64,000 bases of DNA, from NCBI GenBank assembly GCA_963768305.1, contig CAVYHE010000003.1:96001-160000 (forward strand), given 5' to 3'. The notes under the pieces are model-generated. The model saw nothing but the letters and a program-made list of their open reading frames with translations. It had not been told where the DNA came from and did not search any database. Positions 61,876 to 64,000 of the stretch are shown piece after piece (within the stretch, counting starts at the first letter, position 1; every line of letters begins with the position of its first letter). Position numbers and translations under genes: made by a program. The stretch comes from an uncultured bacterium. GTDB lineage: Bacteria; Margulisbacteria; WOR-1; CAVSGV01.

Positions 61876-61949
61876 CGCGCCCGAGAGGAATCGAACCTCC
61901 AACCTACTGATTCGTAGTCAGTTACTCTATCCAATTGAGCTACGGGCGC
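61876..61949 (-). tRNA. tRNA-Arg(ACG)
   Basis: GCGCCCGTAGCTCAATTGGATAGAG...CTGACTACGAATCAG...GGTTCGATTCCTCTCGGGCGCG; CCA not encoded. Confidence 0.95.
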
Positions 61950-61960
61950 ATGAACATATT

Positions 61961-62051
61961 CGGAGGGGGTGGGATTCGAACCCACGCTACGTCTTAACGA
62001 CGTACTAACAGTTTAGCAAACTGCCCCCTTGAACCACTTGGGTACCCCTCC
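61961..62051 (-). tRNA. tRNA-Ser(GCT)
   Basis: GGAGGGGTACCCAAGTGG...GCAGTTTGCTAAACTGT, long variable arm, GGTTCGAATCCC; CCA not encoded. Confidence 0.93.
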
Positions 62052-62129
62052 AGAGCTACGCTGAGATCCAAGATCCAAATGCCAAAATCCAAAGGAATTA
62101 TATAAGAAAAGACTTGCAAAAACAAACGC

Positions 62130-62158
62130 TTGACAAAAACGGAGCTTTCATGTATACT
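62130..62158 (+). promoter_or_regulatory. Consensus sigma-70 promoter for the RRM gene
   Basis: TTGACA - 17 nt - TATACT. Confidence 0.75.
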
Positions 62159-62231
62159 GTGCTCTCGAGAGTCGAGGTTAATGATTTTGTACGTTAGGCG
62201 TTTTTATAACAGTATAGAGTAGCTTGTATTC

Positions 62232-62265
62232 ATCCAAGACCACTTCGTCTTGGATTTTTTGTTTT
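62232..62265 (+). terminator. Terminator-like hairpin inside the RRM gene leader
   Basis: ATCCAAGAC-cacttc-GTCTTGGAT followed by TTTTTGTTTT. Confidence 0.55.
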
Positions 62266-62307
62266 ATAGTCATTAACGAAGAAGTTTAAATGTGAGGTGA
62301 AAAGTAA

Positions 62308-62598
62308 ATGGTGAAGAGTTTATTCGTAGGCAACCTTCCCTGGAGCACGACCGAAGACGAGCTTAAAGCGAAGTTCGAAGAGCATGTTAAAGTCGTTGCT
62401 GCGAGGATCGTAACAGACAAATTCTCCGGCAGGTCCAAAGGTTTTGGATTTGTGGAGGTTGACGATGCCGATATGGAAAAAGCTATTTCAGCGATGAACG
62501 GGCAAAAGTTCGGCGAACGAGAGATCGTGGTCAACGAAGCCCGTCCAAAGACCGAAAGAAGCGACAGACCGCGCAGAGATTTCAATTCAAGAATGTAA
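62308..62598 (+). CDS. RRM RNA-binding protein
   Basis: RNP2 LFVGNL, RNP1 KGFGFVEV, VNEARP. Confidence 0.95.
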   Translation: MVKSLFVGNLPWSTTEDELKAKFEEHVKVVAARIVTDKFSGRSKGFGFVEVDDADMEKAISAMNGQKFGEREIVVNEARPKTERSDRPRRDFNSRM

Positions 62599-62619
62599 TC
62601 GTTTTTGATTGATCTTAAT

Positions 62620-62660
62620 AAAGGCCCGTTGTGTTAAGTCACTGTCGGGCCTTTTTATTT
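62620..62660 (+). terminator. Intrinsic terminator after the RRM gene
   Basis: AAAGGCCCG...CGGGCCTTT followed by TTATTT. Confidence 0.7.
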
Positions 62661-62693
62661 GAACTGATTTTCAGCGTGATGTAAAATAAACCA

Positions 62694-63248
62694 ATGGATA
62701 TTATCCTTGCATCAGCGTCGCCAAGGCGGAAAGAACTGCTGACGGAGATAGTAAAAGATTTTACGGTCGTCCCGAGCGGTTTTGACGAATCCGTCCTCGA
62801 TATTTCCGGCCCCGTTGATTTTGTGAAAAAGGCCTCATATGAAAAAGCGAAAGACGTGGCCGGCCGCAACTGGGATGCCCTGGTCATAGGCGCCGATACC
62901 ATCGTGGTGCTTGACGGAAAGATCTTCGGCAAACCGAATGACCTTTCTCACGCGAAAGAAATGCTCACGGCCCTTTCAGGCCGCACTCATCAGGTAATGA
63001 CGGGGATCACCTTGATAAAACAAGGGCGGTCGGTAACAGGCCACGCGGAGACCGAAGTTACTTTCAAGCGATTAAGCGAAAAAGATATTGATGACTATTT
63101 GAAAAATGATCTGGTGCTTGATAAAGCCGGCTCATACGCGATACAGGAGATAGGGGAGAAGTTCGTGAAAAAGATCAAAGGCGACCGCAATAATGTTGTC
63201 GGTCTTCCTCTGGACCTTCTGAAGGGAATGCTCCGGCTCCTGCAATGA
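62694..63248 (+). CDS. maf: Maf nucleotide pyrophosphatase
   Basis: ILASASPRR, GADTIV, GKP, LSGRTH, DKAGSYAIQ, NVVGLP. Confidence 0.93.
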   Translation: MDIILASASPRRKELLTEIVKDFTVVPSGFDESVLDISGPVDFVKKASYEKAKDVAGRNWDALVIGADTIVVLDGKIFGKPNDLSHAKEMLTALSGRTHQVMTGITLIKQGRSVTGHAETEVTFKRLSEKDIDDYLKNDLVLDKAGSYAIQEIGEKFVKKIKGDRNNVVGLPLDLLKGMLRLLQ

Positions 63249-64000
63249 TCTCCGGCGCTCTTTCCAGTAAGGCTATTATCTGACCTTTTGTGCCGGCGTT
63301 GTTCAATATTCTCCGGATGCAGCTTGTATGCGGGAAATCCCTCACATACCATTGCACGACTTTTCTCATGTAGCCGACCTTGCTTTTGGCCTCCATGTTC
63401 CGGTATTTATCTATATAGTCGAGATGCTTTTTTGCCGCATCAAGCAGTTCATCCAGCGTTCGTTCTTCTTCCGGTTCGCCGGATTTCAGATAAGTTTCTA
63501 TCTCTTTGAATATCCACGGATTACCGTACGCGCCTCTTGCAACCATGATGCCGTCGCATCTGGTTTTTTCGATCATTTCTTTCGCAAGCACCGAATTCAT
63601 TATATTGCCGGAGCCGAACACGGGAATTTTTACCGCCTCTTTGACGGTCTTTATGGCTTCCAGATCGATATCCCCCGAATAGCCCTGTTTCTGCGTCCGC
63701 CCGTGCATGAATATCGCGGCAGCGCCGTTAGCTTCGCATTGTTTCGCGATTTCTTCTATATGCTGGTGATCGTTCCCGCTAAAGCCCGATCTCAACTTTA
63801 CGGTTATCGGCAGCCTGAGTTTCGAAGATAATAATTCCAGGATCCTGTAAAGGTTCTCCGGGTTTTTTAAAAAATACGCGCCGGCCTTCTTTTTCAGCAT
63901 TTTGGGGACGGGGCAGGCGGCGTTGATATCGAGGAACTTAATATCGAGCGTATTGACCAGGTATTCCGCGGCTTTCAGCATCATCTCCGGCTCAGGTCCC
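63175..64000 (-). CDS. dusB: tRNA dihydrouridine synthase (5' end outside the window)
   Basis: DINAACPV, VKLRSG, HGRT..QGYSG, GSGNI, DGIMVARG..GNPWIF. Confidence 0.85.
   Translation of the reverse strand, partial: GPEPEMMLKAAEYLVNTLDIKFLDINAACPVPKMLKKKAGAYFLKNPENLYRILELLSSKLRLPITVKLRSGFSGNDHQHIEEIAKQCEANGAAAIFMHGRTQKQGYSGDIDLEAIKTVKEAVKIPVFGSGNIMNSVLAKEMIEKTRCDGIMVARGAYGNPWIFKEIETYLKSGEPEEERTLDELLDAAKKHLDYIDKYRNMEAKSKVGYMRKVVQWYVRDFPHTSCIRRILNNAGTKGQIIALLERAPEIIAGAGAFPSEGPEEDRQHYCGRL

Noticed and set aside
61876..62051. tRNA-anchored prophage or genomic island
   Set aside because: No integrase, no duplicated tRNA 3' end and no phage genes seen in the window.

Overview
64-kb bacterial chromosomal segment, densely packed and mostly housekeeping. 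It carries larB/larC/larE, rarA, polX-PHP, an EmrAB-type efflux pair, an AmmeMemoRadiSam cluster, ssb, nth, a LigD phosphoesterase, glycerol genes, biotin genes bioCHBFDA, pfkA, a Cu-ATPase cluster, Rrf2-iscS-iscU-mnmA-nadA, hisG, fadD-ACP-plsC, hemW, lepA, an SLH/beta-barrel protein, two tRNAs, an RRM protein, maf and dusB. The gene mix suggests an uncultured anaerobe such as Ca. Saganbacteria/Margulisbacteria; this is an unverified impression. Many conserved genes between about 18 and 38 kb, plus sites near 53.4 and 60.2 kb, are broken by single-base indels that most likely are sequencing errors. Main signals beyond routine annotation: (1) a fixed-spacing motif GTGAAATTT-N12-G(A/T)CGATAA, resembling a sigma-28-class promoter, upstream of four dispersed orphan or TPR transcription units, two of which begin M(T)SSIR; (2) an IS200-like Y1 transposase flanked by multi-hairpin direct repeats, with a third hairpin set between larB and larC; (3) many first-in-operon genes whose -10 box sits 6-10 nt before the start codon, consistent with leaderless mRNAs; (4) degenerate heptamer arrays, some inside coding regions and some as inverted pairs. 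No CRISPR array or rRNA was seen.
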